64,000 bases of DNA from an uncultured Acidobacteriota bacterium (GCA_963843575.1 CAWJKZ010000019.1:96001-160000); one strand, 5' to 3'. Shown: positions 51,858-61,602, counted from the stretch's first letter. The notes: generated by a model from the letters alone, not told the origin. A program made the numbers and translations.

Positions 51858-54800
51858 ATGAAGAGTCCGGGCGTCCTTTCGCGGCTGGCCAAGTTCGAGG
51901 CCGGCGAATTCACGACCGCCGCCATGATGCTCGCCTACTCGTTCTTCGCGATGGCGAGCTACAACGTCATCAAGCCGGTCACGCGCAGCAAGGTCATCGA
52001 CAACCTGGGTTCGATCAACATCCCGTTCATCCAGCTGGCTGCCGGGATTCTGATCGGTTTCATCATGATCGGCTACGGGTGGTTGATCGGGCGCCTGCCC
52101 CGGCGCTGGGGCCTGCCGATCACCCAGTTCGGCATCGTGGGTCTGCTGATCCTGTTCTGGTTCATGTTCCAGCTGGAGGGCAACTGGGTGTCGGTCGCCT
52201 TCTATCTCCTCGGGACCACCGTCGGGATCCTGCTGATCAGCCAGTTCTGGATCTTCGCCAACCTCATCTACGACCCGCGCCAGGCGAAGCGGTTGTTCGG
52301 TTTCATCGGGGCCGGCGCTCCTCTGGGCGGCTTTGTGGGCTACGCGATCACCGGCCGGTACGCCAAGTCCCTCGGGAGCACGAACCTGCTCCCGATCAGC
52401 GCCGCTTGCATGGCCGTGTGCGCCCTGATCGTCGTGGCGATCATCCGGCGCGAGGGAGTCAGCGGCTTTGCGCCGGTGCGCGCGAAGAAAGGCGTAGGGG
52501 GCAATCATGCGATCGAGCTGCTGCGCGAATCCAAGCACCTGCAGATCATCGCGCTGGTGATCAGCTTCGCGTCGATCGGCGCAGCGGTCGTCGAGCAGCA
52601 GGTCAACATGGCCGCCGAGGCAACCGCCGGGTCCGAGAGCGCCATCGCCGGGTTCCTCGGGACCCTGGGGGCCTGGACCTCCGCGATAGGCTTTGTTATC
52701 CAGATCCTGCTGACCAGCCAGATCCACCGCTTTCTCGGCATCGGATTCGCCCTGATGATCCTGCCGGTCACCCTGGGCACCACCGGGTTTGTGATCTTGC
52801 TGAATGCCGCGCTCTGGGCGCCGGGCCTGGCGCGGGTGCTTGACCAGTCGCTGCGCTACACGGTGGACAAGACGACCCGTGAAATCCTCTTCATGCCCCT
52901 CCCGGCCGAAATCAAGATGCAGGCCAAGCCCTTCGTCGACGTCACGGTCGATCGAGTCGCCAAGGGGGTGAGCGCGCTCCTGCTGCTGGTGCTGGTACAG
53001 CCCTGGGGGCTGCACCTGTCGTGGCAGAAGCTGAGTTATGCCAGCCTTACCCTGACCGTTTTGTGGATCTTCATGGCGGTGCGGGCGCGGCGCGGCTACC
53101 TGGAAGCCTTCCGGCGCAGCATCGAAGCGCACGAGGTCAGACCGGCGGAAATCCGCCTGGCGGTCGCCGACCTCCAGACTGTCGAGATGCTGGTCGAGGA
53201 GCTGTCGGGCACCGAGCCGCGCAGGGTGCTCTACGCCATGGAGATCCTGGAGTCGCTCGGCAAGAATAACCTCGTCACCCCGTTGCTGCTCTATCACGAG
53301 TCGCCCGAGATCCGGGTGCGCGCCCTGTCCATGCTGGGAGGCGCGACCCCGGAGGCCGCGCTGCGGTGGCTGCCGGGCATCCGGCGCCTGCTGAAGGATC
53401 CCGAACCCGAGGTGCGGATGGCTGCCGTCGTGGCGCTGGCTGGCATCGAATCGGTGGACGTGACGGAGATCGTGCGGCCGCTGCTGCGCGAAACGAACTC
53501 GCGCATCGCCATGACGGCCGCCATGATCCTGTCGCGCAGCCGGCGGCCGGAGGACGTGGCCGAGGCCGAACAGGTGCTGCGGGGGCTGGCCGGCGATCCG
53601 CGCGACTCTGCCGTCGAGACCCGCAAGGAGCTCGCGGCTGCCCTGCGGCAAGAACGCACTCCGCGCTTCCGCCGCCTGCTCGTGCCGCTGCTCATGGACA
53701 ACAGCATCGAGGTCGCCCAGGAAGCGCTGCGCAGCGTGCGCCGGATGAGCGACGACGACTGCATCTTCGTGCCGACCCTCGTCGCCCTCTTGCGGAACCC
53801 CCGTCTGAAGGGGGGCGCGCGGGATCTGCTGGTCGACTGCGGCGAGGGCGTGATCGACATCCTCGGGAGTTTCCTGCGCGAGCAGGAGGAAGACCTCGCC
53901 GTGCGCGTGGCCATACCCGGGACGATCGCCCGGATACCGTCTCCCCGGTCGGCGGACGTCCTGCTCGACGCGCTCGGGTATGCCGGCGAGCCGCTGCGGC
54001 GGAGCGTGATCGCCGGCTTGGAGACCCTGAGGCGCCGCAACCCGGACCTGACCTTCAGGCGGGACCCCGTCGCGCAACTCGTCCTCCAGGAGTGCGAGGC
54101 GGCTTCGCGGTACGCCCGTTACGCGGCCTGCTGCGGGCACGACGGCCCCGCCGCGCGGTTGCTCGCCCGAGCCCTCAGGGAAAAGGCGGAACGCAGCGCC
54201 GAACAGGTCTGCCGCCTGCTCGGCCTGGTCTACCCCTGGAAAGACATCGCTGCCGCACGGGTGGCGATCGACAGGGGTGGCGCTTCCAAGGCCCGCGCCC
54301 TCGAGTACCTCGACAACCTCATGCCCTCCGCGCTGCGCCGCCACGTACTTCCGGTGCTTGAAAAATCCTGGGTTGCGGCGGCTCCGACGGACCAGGAGAA
54401 ACGCGCCCAGGTCATGGGCGAGCTGATCCTGGACCCCGATCCGGTGGTTTCCTCGGCCGCGGCCGACTGGGTCTGGTCGGCGCGCTCGGCCGTTCACCGG
54501 CGCGAGCTGGAGCAGGTGCGCTCGGAACAAGGCACGCGAGGCTGGGAGCCGGTCGAAGCGGCGTCGTGGGTGCTCAGGGCCCTGCAGTTGCCCGAGGAGC
54601 GCGTGCACGAACTCTGGGTCGAGCCCTTCCCCACAGTGGAGATCGCCGCCCGGCTGAGCGCGCTCCCTGTCTTTGCCGCAGTCCCGGTGGAGGATCTGTT
54701 CCACATCGCGCGCACCGGGAGGCAGGTGCGCCACGCGCCCGGCTCGACGGTCTACGCCGATGGTGCGGTCGCCGACGAGATTCAGTTCCTGCTCAAAGGG

Positions 54801-55520
54801 ACGGTGTCTGCCTCCGCGCAACCCGGCACTGCCGGGGAAATCGACGCTCCGGCCCCGCTGGCGTTTGAAGCGGCCCTCGAGGCCCGAACAGTCGCCGGCG
54901 CGATACGCGCCAGGACCGCCTGCGTCTGCCTGGCGTTGACCTTCCAGGAGTTTCGGGACCTGATGGCCGGCAGCACGAGCCTCGTCGAGGGGTTCCTGCG
55001 CCTGTTGTGCGCGACCGGCACGGTCGACGTCGGGGCCCCCGTCGTGCGAGGCGACCCCGGCACCGCGCTGGCCGCTTCCGCGCTGGCCGCCGTCGACAAG
55101 GCGGTCCTCCTGGAATCCCTCCCCCCGTTTGCCGGGATCTCCCGGGAAGAGATGCTCGCCGCCGCAGCGGTGGTCGTGCCTCGGCGGTTCGCCGCCGGAG
55201 ACCGCATCGCCGGCGAGATGGATCCGCCCGTTCTGCACGTCGTCGTGTCCGGGTTGGTGCGCCTTGAGCCGAACGGCACCGACGGATCGGTCGACGCCGC
55301 TCCCGGGGACGCGATCGGCTTGTACCAGATGATCGCGGGCATACCGCTCGTGCGCGAGCTCCGCGCGGTCGAATCCTCGTTGACTCTCGTGCTGGAACGC
55401 GAAGACTACCTCGATCTGCTGACACAACGGCCGGAGTTCCTGCGTCAGACGTTGGCGCGGCTGTTCGTTCCGGACGCCGGCCAGGCGGCTCCCGCCGCGC
55501 AGAGCGGCGCTGCCTTGTGA
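51858..55520 (+). CDS. NTT/TLC (Npt1-like ATP/ADP translocase family) transporter fused to HEAT repeats and two cNMP-binding-like domains
   Basis: SYNVIKPVTRS, SQFWIFANLIYDPRQAKRLFG, LRYTVDKTTREILFMPLP; HEAT repeats (LKDPEPEVR); two domains starting LSALPVFA and LESLPPFA. Confidence 0.85.
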   Translation: MKSPGVLSRLAKFEAGEFTTAAMMLAYSFFAMASYNVIKPVTRSKVIDNLGSINIPFIQLAAGILIGFIMIGYGWLIGRLPRRWGLPITQFGIVGLLILFWFMFQLEGNWVSVAFYLLGTTVGILLISQFWIFANLIYDPRQAKRLFGFIGAGAPLGGFVGYAITGRYAKSLGSTNLLPISAACMAVCALIVVAIIRREGVSGFAPVRAKKGVGGNHAIELLRESKHLQIIALVISFASIGAAVVEQQVNMAAEATAGSESAIAGFLGTLGAWTSAIGFVIQILLTSQIHRFLGIGFALMILPVTLGTTGFVILLNAALWAPGLARVLDQSLRYTVDKTTREILFMPLPAEIKMQAKPFVDVTVDRVAKGVSALLLLVLVQPWGLHLSWQKLSYASLTLTVLWIFMAVRARRGYLEAFRRSIEAHEVRPAEIRLAVADLQTVEMLVEELSGTEPRRVLYAMEILESLGKNNLVTPLLLYHESPEIRVRALSMLGGATPEAALRWLPGIRRLLKDPEPEVRMAAVVALAGIESVDVTEIVRPLLRETNSRIAMTAAMILSRSRRPEDVAEAEQVLRGLAGDPRDSAVETRKELAAALRQERTPRFRRLLVPLLMDNSIEVAQEALRSVRRMSDDDCIFVPTLVALLRNPRLKGGARDLLVDCGEGVIDILGSFLREQEEDLAVRVAIPGTIARIPSPRSADVLLDALGYAGEPLRRSVIAGLETLRRRNPDLTFRRDPVAQLVLQECEAASRYARYAACCGHDGPAARLLARALREKAERSAEQVCRLLGLVYPWKDIAAARVAIDRGGASKARALEYLDNLMPSALRRHVLPVLEKSWVAAAPTDQEKRAQVMGELILDPDPVVSSAAADWVWSARSAVHRRELEQVRSEQGTRGWEPVEAASWVLRALQLPEERVHELWVEPFPTVEIAARLSALPVFAAVPVEDLFHIARTGRQVRHAPGSTVYADGAVADEIQFLLKGTVSASAQPGTAGEIDAPAPLAFEAALEARTVAGAIRARTACVCLALTFQEFRDLMAGSTSLVEGFLRLLCATGTVDVGAPVVRGDPGTALAASALAAVDKAVLLESLPPFAGISREEMLAAAAVVVPRRFAAGDRIAGEMDPPVLHVVVSGLVRLEPNGTDGSVDAAPGDAIGLYQMIAGIPLVRELRAVESSLTLVLEREDYLDLLTQRPEFLRQTLARLFVPDAGQAAPAAQSGAAL

Positions 55521-55554
55521 TCCGGGAGGTCGCGTCCCGGCGGAGAGTGTGGAT

Positions 55555-55921
55555 ATGAAGACAGCGGAGTCTCCTGCCGAGACGAGGCGAAGCCGGAACC
55601 CGTTCCGGTTTTTCGCCACCGGGGCCGACGGGCCGCCTCTCACCGATCCTGACCAGATCGCGCGGATGTACGCGCGCTACCGCTTGTCGATCATGGTGGC
55701 CATCACGGTCGGCTACGGCGTCTCCTACACCTGCCGGCTCGGCCTCTCGGTCGTCAAAAAGCCGCTGATCGACGGCGGCATCTTCACCGCCGACGACCTT
55801 GGATTGATCGGCTCCGGGATCTTCTACGGCTACGCGTTTGGCAAACTCGTCAACGGGTTTCTCGCCGATCACGCCAACGTCCGCAAGTTCCTGACCGCGG
55901 GGGTTCTGCTGTCGGCGCTCA
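55555..55921 (+). pseudogene. truncated MFS transporter (GlpT/UhpC organophosphate antiporter family), N-terminal ~120 aa only
   Basis: GYGVSYTCRLGLSV, YAFGKLVNGFLADHANVRKF; homology stops exactly at the stop codon of the convergent pfkB gene. Confidence 0.7.
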
Positions 55922-56815
55922 GAGTTGCCGGTACTGCTCGCGGATCAGCTTCTCCACGTCCGCCACCGGCCTCCTGATCGGGCCCTCCGCTTCCATCTTG
56001 AGGCTGGTGACGGCGGCGGCCCAGACCGTGGCTTCATCCGGCGACGCGGTCAGGCGTTTGGCGACGTAGGACCCTATGCAGGTGTCGCCCCTCCCGCTGC
56101 GCCCGACCAGCGCGCGCGGCCGGAACGGCGCTTCGTGGAACTTTCCTTCCGCCAATACAAGCACGCCGTCACGGTGGGTCAGAACGACCTCGCGCGGACC
56201 CCAGCCGGCGATCTGCCGGGCCGCCGCCCTGATGTCGCCCTCCCCGGTCAGCATCTCCGCCTCCACCGCGTCGGTTTTCAGGATGTCGATGTGCGAGAGG
56301 AACTCCTGCTTCTCCGGCCACGGGTCGTACGTCAGGTTGCCGTCGGGCGCAATGGTCCGGATGAACCCCTGCACGTCCGCGGCAATCAGCGATCCCGGCC
56401 GCTTCAATTCCAGAATAACCGCAAGACCCACCTCGCCATGGGTGGAGGCGTTGATGAGGAATGCGCGGGCGCTCAGACCCTTCACCTCCTCGGGCCCAAA
56501 GCAACCGGCGGTCCGCGTCACGGTCAGAACACGCTGATCCGGGTCGGAGGTTGGGTAGTACAGGAGCAGCGTCGTCGAATCCGGCGTGAAAGTCGGGAAG
56601 ACGTCCACCCCGAGCTTCTCGAGCGCCTGGACGACGCGGATGTCGTCACGGGACAGGCGGGTCACCGCGGCGGTCTTCAGCCCCATCATGGATGCGACGT
56701 GCGCCCCATAGTTGAAACCGCCCCCGTCGACCAGCCGGGTGCCCGAAGCGGAGACGATCGTGTCCTTGGTGTAGTTGCCGATGATGACGATGTCGTAGAC
56801 CCGCCCTTCGCTCAT
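55919..56815 (-). CDS. PfkB-family carbohydrate kinase
   Basis: GNYTKD, GGG, DVQG, GRSGRGDT (PfkB C-terminal signature variant). Confidence 0.85.
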   Translation of the reverse strand: MSEGRVYDIVIIGNYTKDTIVSASGTRLVDGGGFNYGAHVASMMGLKTAAVTRLSRDDIRVVQALEKLGVDVFPTFTPDSTTLLLYYPTSDPDQRVLTVTRTAGCFGPEEVKGLSARAFLINASTHGEVGLAVILELKRPGSLIAADVQGFIRTIAPDGNLTYDPWPEKQEFLSHIDILKTDAVEAEMLTGEGDIRAAARQIAGWGPREVVLTHRDGVLVLAEGKFHEAPFRPRALVGRSGRGDTCIGSYVAKRLTASPDEATVWAAAVTSLKMEAEGPIRRPVADVEKLIREQYRQL

Positions 56816-56848
56816 GATGCTTCCTCCTCCCGCATTTCAGCATTACAC

Positions 56849-56952
56849 GTGGGTCCGGGCTTCAGCCCGGACGCTGTTTGCGGTCGCTGTACGGTGCGCC
56901 TGTTGCTACATAGCTCGGGTCAAAAGACGTCCGGGCTGAAGCCCGGACCCAC
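56849..56952 (+). repeat. REPIN family 1, copy E (overlaps the folC 3' end)
   Basis: perfect inverted REPs flanked by CACGTG; 29-nt core. Confidence 0.88.
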
Positions 56953-58230
56953 GTGGGGTAGCAGCTCACCCACCAGATAGAGCGATCCGGTGACGACGAC
57001 CAGGCCCCCGCGGGGGCATTCCCCCCAGGCGGCTTCGAGCGCTTCCCGGGAGTTCGCATGCGTGCGGATGCGCTTCCGAGAGCGCGGGTGGAGGGCCGCA
57101 ATGTCGGCGGGTTCAGCGGTCCGGGTGTTCGACATGCGGGTGAGGTGGATGGTCTCGGCCAGGGGGAAAATGGCGCGGCCCATCGCGGCGATGTCCTTGT
57201 CCCGCACGGCTCCGAACACTAGGTGTATCCTGGTTTCGCCCTCCTCGATCAGGTAGTCCCGCAGCAATCGTGCGCCCTCGACGTTGTGCGCTCCGTCCAG
57301 GAGGGTGCGGCGGCGCGCCGGGTACTCGTCCAGGCGTCCCGGCCAACGCGTGCGGGCCAGCCCGGCGCGCACGGACCGGAGGTCAGCGGGCGATCCCATG
57401 CACTCGAGTGCCGCGACGGCGAGCGCCGCGTTTCGGCTCTGGTGCCTGCCGGCCAGGGACAGGCGGAGGCCCGGGTAAAGGCCTTTCGGCGTTGCGAGGT
57501 CGAAGGTGCAGCGTCCGCGCCGGATGCCGCGGATCTCCAGCCAGCAGTCGCGGTCGGCATCGAGCAGGGGGGCGCCTACCTCGCGGGCTTTCCTGCGCAG
57601 GACGCTCCGCGCCTCGACCGGCTGGCGGCCTATCGCGACGGGCACGCCGGGCTTGATGATGCCGGCCTTCTCGGCGGCGATCTCGGCCAGGGTCTCGCCG
57701 AGCAGCCACTGGTGATCGTACGAGATCCCCGTGATCGCACACGTCGACGGCTGGACGATGTTGGTGGCGTCGTGCAACCCCCCAAGCCCGACTTCGAGCA
57801 CGGCCACGTCGATCTTGTCGCGGGCGAACTGCAGGAACGCGCACGCGGTGACGAACTCGAAATACGTGAGCGGCCGCCCCAGGGAACCGCTGCGCAGCAG
57901 CCGCGCCTCGTGCCGCCGCACGTCGGAGGCCACTTCCCCGAACGCCTGTGCCGAAACGGGTTCGCCGGCGATGCGAATACGTTCCTCCAGCCGGACCAGG
58001 TGAGGTGATGTGTACAGGCCCGTCCTGCGCCCGGCGTGGCGCAGGATCGACTCCGTCATTGCCGCGACGCTTCCCTTGCCGTTGGTCCCGGCGATGTGGA
58101 GAGAAGGGTAGTCCTGCTGCGGGTCGCCCAACGCCCGCATGACGGTGGCGATGCGGTCGAGCCCGAGGTCGATGTTCTGGACCTCGTTGCCACGGCGCCG
58201 CAATTCATCGAGGAGTTCGCCGTAATTCAA
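56920..58230 (-). CDS. folC: dihydrofolate synthase/folylpolyglutamate synthase
   Basis: HIAGTNGKGS, YTSPHL, EVGLGG, WPGR, LDGAHN, TGSLYLVG. Confidence 0.93.
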   Translation of the reverse strand: MNYGELLDELRRRGNEVQNIDLGLDRIATVMRALGDPQQDYPSLHIAGTNGKGSVAAMTESILRHAGRRTGLYTSPHLVRLEERIRIAGEPVSAQAFGEVASDVRRHEARLLRSGSLGRPLTYFEFVTACAFLQFARDKIDVAVLEVGLGGLHDATNIVQPSTCAITGISYDHQWLLGETLAEIAAEKAGIIKPGVPVAIGRQPVEARSVLRRKAREVGAPLLDADRDCWLEIRGIRRGRCTFDLATPKGLYPGLRLSLAGRHQSRNAALAVAALECMGSPADLRSVRAGLARTRWPGRLDEYPARRRTLLDGAHNVEGARLLRDYLIEEGETRIHLVFGAVRDKDIAAMGRAIFPLAETIHLTRMSNTRTAEPADIAALHPRSRKRIRTHANSREALEAAWGECPRGGLVVVTGSLYLVGELLPHVGPGFSPDVF

Positions 58231-58236
58231 GGACGC

Positions 58237-59085
58237 TCAGGCGACGAAGAAGTTCAATGCGTTGATGAGGTAGTTGCGCAGCGCGCGACGGTCCACGATC
58301 GCGTCGATCATGCCGTGCTCGAGCAGGAACTCGGACCGCTGGAATCCCTTCGGCAGCTTCTGGCGAATGGTCTGCTCGATCACGCGGGGCCCGGCGAAGC
58401 CGATCAGGGCTCCGGGTTCGGCGATGTTCAGATCCCCGAGCATGGCGAAACTCGCCGTGACCCCGCCCGTCGTGGGATCCGTCAGGACCGATATGTAGGG
58501 GACGCGGGCGTCGTCGAGCCGGCTCAGCGCGGCGCTGACCTTCGCCATCTGCATCAGCGACAGGACGCCCTCGTGCATCCGAGCTCCACCCGAGGCGGAC
58601 ACGATGATCAGCGGCAGCCTGTCGTGCGCCGCCTTTTCGATCGCGAGAGTCACCATTTCGCCGACCACCGACCCCATCGAGCCGCCGATGAAGTGGTATT
58701 CCATCGCGCAGATCAGGGTGTCGCGACCCCCGAATTTCCCCACGGCGTTCACGACGGCGTCATTCAGCCCGGTGGCTTTGCGGGCAGACTGCAGCTTGGC
58801 CGAGTAGGGCTGCCGGTCTATGAATTTGAGCGGGTCGTTTGAGAACAGGTCGGTGTTCAGCGTCTGAAACGCCCCGTCGTCGAACAGCATCCGGAGCCGA
58901 TCCAGGGCGTGGATCTTGAAATGGTGAGTGCACTTGGGGCAGACCATGTTGTTGGCGTCGAGGTCCTTCTTCCAGATGATCGCCCGGCAGCCGTTGCACT
59001 TGATCCACAGCCCCTCCGTGCGTACGGTCTTGTCCTCCTCTTTGGTGGAGGGAATGGGGCCTTTTTCCTTCTTGAACCAGCTCAT
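58237..59085 (-). CDS. accD: acetyl-CoA carboxylase carboxyltransferase beta
   Basis: LWIKC..C...CPKC zinc finger, GGSMGS, SGGARMHEG, PTTGGVTASFA. Confidence 0.95.
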   Translation of the reverse strand: MSWFKKEKGPIPSTKEEDKTVRTEGLWIKCNGCRAIIWKKDLDANNMVCPKCTHHFKIHALDRLRMLFDDGAFQTLNTDLFSNDPLKFIDRQPYSAKLQSARKATGLNDAVVNAVGKFGGRDTLICAMEYHFIGGSMGSVVGEMVTLAIEKAAHDRLPLIIVSASGGARMHEGVLSLMQMAKVSAALSRLDDARVPYISVLTDPTTGGVTASFAMLGDLNIAEPGALIGFAGPRVIEQTIRQKLPKGFQRSEFLLEHGMIDAIVDRRALRNYLINALNFFVA

Positions 59086-59095
59086 ATTTCGAGGA

Positions 59096-59554
59096 TCAGC
59101 CGCGCCCACGCCGCGGCGTCGAGTTTGGCGGTGTGTCCGACATTTTTCGCAACAGGTGTACCAGCCCCCAGCGTTCCTCCTCGGTCAGCTTCCCCTCGAA
59201 AGGCGGCATCGCGGGCTTGTCTCCCCTGGTCACAACCCAGTAGATCTGGCCGTCGGTTAGTGCGGACAGGACGGAGGGATCGCTCAGATCCGCAGGCCGG
59301 TCCCTCAGCATTCCCGCTGTCGCGCCGTCCCCCCTGCCCGTGCGGCCGTGGCACTCGGAGCAGCTTTGGTCGTAAGTCGACCTGGCCTTCGCCAGCACCG
59401 ACTCCGTCAAGGCAACAGGGTTCGCCCGTCCGACGAGTCCCTCGGGCGGGGGTTCCTCCGGCCCGGAACAGCGCAGGCCCCCGGCCGCCAGCACCAGAAC
59501 CGCGGCGACGAAGGCCCCGCCCGCGGGTTGTATCCTCCGAACCACATTCGACAA
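59096..59554 (-). CDS. monoheme c-type cytochrome (exported)
   Basis: hydrophobic N-terminus, CSECH heme motif, distal Met in AMPPF; start uncertain. Confidence 0.8.
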   Translation of the reverse strand: MSNVVRRIQPAGGAFVAAVLVLAAGGLRCSGPEEPPPEGLVGRANPVALTESVLAKARSTYDQSCSECHGRTGRGDGATAGMLRDRPADLSDPSVLSALTDGQIYWVVTRGDKPAMPPFEGKLTEEERWGLVHLLRKMSDTPPNSTPRRGRG

Positions 59555-59820
59555 AAAGCACCCGTCCAAGATCTGCTGCCTTATGCCCGCGCCGGTCGGA
59601 GCCGATATCTTATCACAGTTGCAGGGCGAGGAACTGTCGTTAGCGGACTGCCGGAAGCGCAAAACCGTCGCCCCGCCCGATCGGATCCCGGTTCCCCCGA
59701 TTGAATTCGATGGGGATGTTGACCTAAACTATGACCGTCGGTTCTGAACTGCGGGGCATGTCCGCCCCACTCCTTGGTGGCAAGATCCGGGTGCTCGCCC
59801 ATCTCAACGGAGAACCACAA

Positions 59821-60786
59821 ATGAAACGTCGTAAACTGATTCTGTTTTGCCTGCTGTCGGTTCTTGCCGGCAGCATCAGCGGCAACGCCGCAGACGCGAA
59901 GAAGAGAGTCGCGCTGTTGGACTTTGATTTTGCGACCGTGCAGCATTGGTGGTCGGGGAACTGGGATATTGGCAAGGGTATCGCCGATCTGATCGTCACC
60001 AACCTCGTCAAGGACGGCACCCTTTCGGTGATCGAGCGCAAGAAGCTGGATTCCATCCTGCAGGAGCAGAACTTCTCGAACTCGGACCGCGCCAACCCCA
60101 CGAGCGCTGCCAAGGTCGGCAAAGTCCTCGGGGTGAACGCGATCGTCGTCGGCTCCATCACACAGTTCGGGCTCGAAGACAAGTCCATGAATCTCGGCGG
60201 GATTGGGGGCAGACTCGGTTCCTGGGGCGCCGGCAGGGTCGGCAAGAAAGAAGGCAAGGCCTCGGTCGCCATCGACGCGCGGCTCGTAGACGTCAACACC
60301 GGGGAAGTGCTTGCGGTCGCCAGTGGCAAGGGGAGCTCGAAACGTTCCGGCATGCTGCTCGGCGGCGGCGGCGGCGGAGGAGGAGGGTTCGGTGCCGGGG
60401 GCATCGACATGGGCAGCAGCAACTTCCAGGACACGATCCTCGGCGAGGCCACCCGCACCGCGGTTGAAGACCTCACCGCCCAGCTGATTGCACAGGCGGG
60501 GAAAGTGGAAGCGAGCACCGTGACGATAGATGGCATGATAGCCGACGCCACCGGCGGCACCATCATCCTGAATGTCGGCAAGGCCTCAGGCGTTTCCGTC
60601 GGGATGAAGCTGGCCGTCGAGAGAGTCGGACGCGAGGTGAAAGACCCCGCGACCGGCAAGGTGCTGCGCAAGATTACCTCCCCGGTCGGCGAAGTCGAGG
60701 TCACCGAGGTCGACGAGGGTTCCGCTGTCGCGAGAGTCGTCTCGGGATCCGGATTCAAGGTCGGCGACTTGGTGAAGTCCAAATAG
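59821..60786 (+). CDS. CsgG/HfaB-like outer-membrane-associated protein with FlgT-like C-terminal domain
   Basis: signal peptide; VALLDF, VIERKKLDSILQEQ, GSITQFG, DARLVDVNTGEV. Confidence 0.75.
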   Translation: MKRRKLILFCLLSVLAGSISGNAADAKKRVALLDFDFATVQHWWSGNWDIGKGIADLIVTNLVKDGTLSVIERKKLDSILQEQNFSNSDRANPTSAAKVGKVLGVNAIVVGSITQFGLEDKSMNLGGIGGRLGSWGAGRVGKKEGKASVAIDARLVDVNTGEVLAVASGKGSSKRSGMLLGGGGGGGGGFGAGGIDMGSSNFQDTILGEATRTAVEDLTAQLIAQAGKVEASTVTIDGMIADATGGTIILNVGKASGVSVGMKLAVERVGREVKDPATGKVLRKITSPVGEVEVTEVDEGSAVARVVSGSGFKVGDLVKSK

Positions 60787-60855
60787 ACAGGCGCAGCGGC
60801 GCATCTCGATCAAGGCGGCCTGGACTCTCAACCGGATTGCAGGGTGGGCGCTGCA

Positions 60856-61602
60856 ATGTCGCGATTTCGGGATGGCGCCGGGGTGCCGGAGCGCCGCACT
60901 TCGGATTTACTCCTGCCGGAAATGGTACTGCTCGCGGGCGGGACATTTCTGATGGGCAGCGCCTCAGGTCGGGAGGATGAAGCTCCACCGCACACGGTGG
61001 AGCTTCATTCGTTTTGGATTGCCCGATTCGCGGTGACCAACCGCGAATACGGCGTTTACGCTCAAGACAACCCGATCACGCTACCCGAGACCTGGCACGA
61101 CCCGGCCTTCAACGCCCCCCGCCAGCCGGTGGTGGCTGTCTCGTGGCAGGACGCCGCGTGCTATTGCGCTTGGCTGTGCAGCGTCTCCGGGCTGGGCTAC
61201 CGGCTGCCGAGCGAAGCGGAAAGGGAGTACGCCTGCCGCGCAGGGAGCTCCACCGCCTATCCCTGGGGCGACAACCCCTCCCGGGATGCAGGGGAGTACG
61301 GCCGCGGCTGGGACGCGGGAAGGCCCGAAGAGGCCGGCGGCCCTCCCAACGCTTTCGGCCTGTGCAATATGGCGGACAACGTCCACGAGTGGTGCGCGGA
61401 CTGGTATGGCCGGGATTACTATCGGGTCAGCCCGGGGCTGGACCCGCAAGGCCCGGAGGGCGGGGTGCGCAAAGTGTCGCGCGGCGGGTCGTGGCGTCAC
61501 AAAGTCAAGGTGACCCGCAGTTCGGCGCGCAGCTCGCTCCCCCCTGAGTACCGCTACTCGGATTTCGGGTTCCGGGTGGCGCGCTCACTCGAAATTCTCT
61601 GA
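60856..61602 (+). CDS. formylglycine-generating-enzyme (SUMF1) domain protein
   Basis: [49 protein letters not shown]; start uncertain. Confidence 0.85.
   Translation: MSRFRDGAGVPERRTSDLLLPEMVLLAGGTFLMGSASGREDEAPPHTVELHSFWIARFAVTNREYGVYAQDNPITLPETWHDPAFNAPRQPVVAVSWQDAACYCAWLCSVSGLGYRLPSEAEREYACRAGSSTAYPWGDNPSRDAGEYGRGWDAGRPEEAGGPPNAFGLCNMADNVHEWCADWYGRDYYRVSPGLDPQGPEGGVRKVSRGGSWRHKVKVTRSSARSSLPPEYRYSDFGFRVARSLEIL

Noticed and set aside
14712-56952. REPIN repeat-core-repeat units as a CRISPR array
   Set aside because: The repeats are inverted rather than direct, occur as dispersed single units, several cores are mutually related, and no cas genes are present.
60361-60402. GGC microsatellite as a phase-variation tract
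   Set aside because: It is an in-frame poly-Gly codon run with mixed codons (GGC/GGA/GGG) inside the CsgG-like gene.
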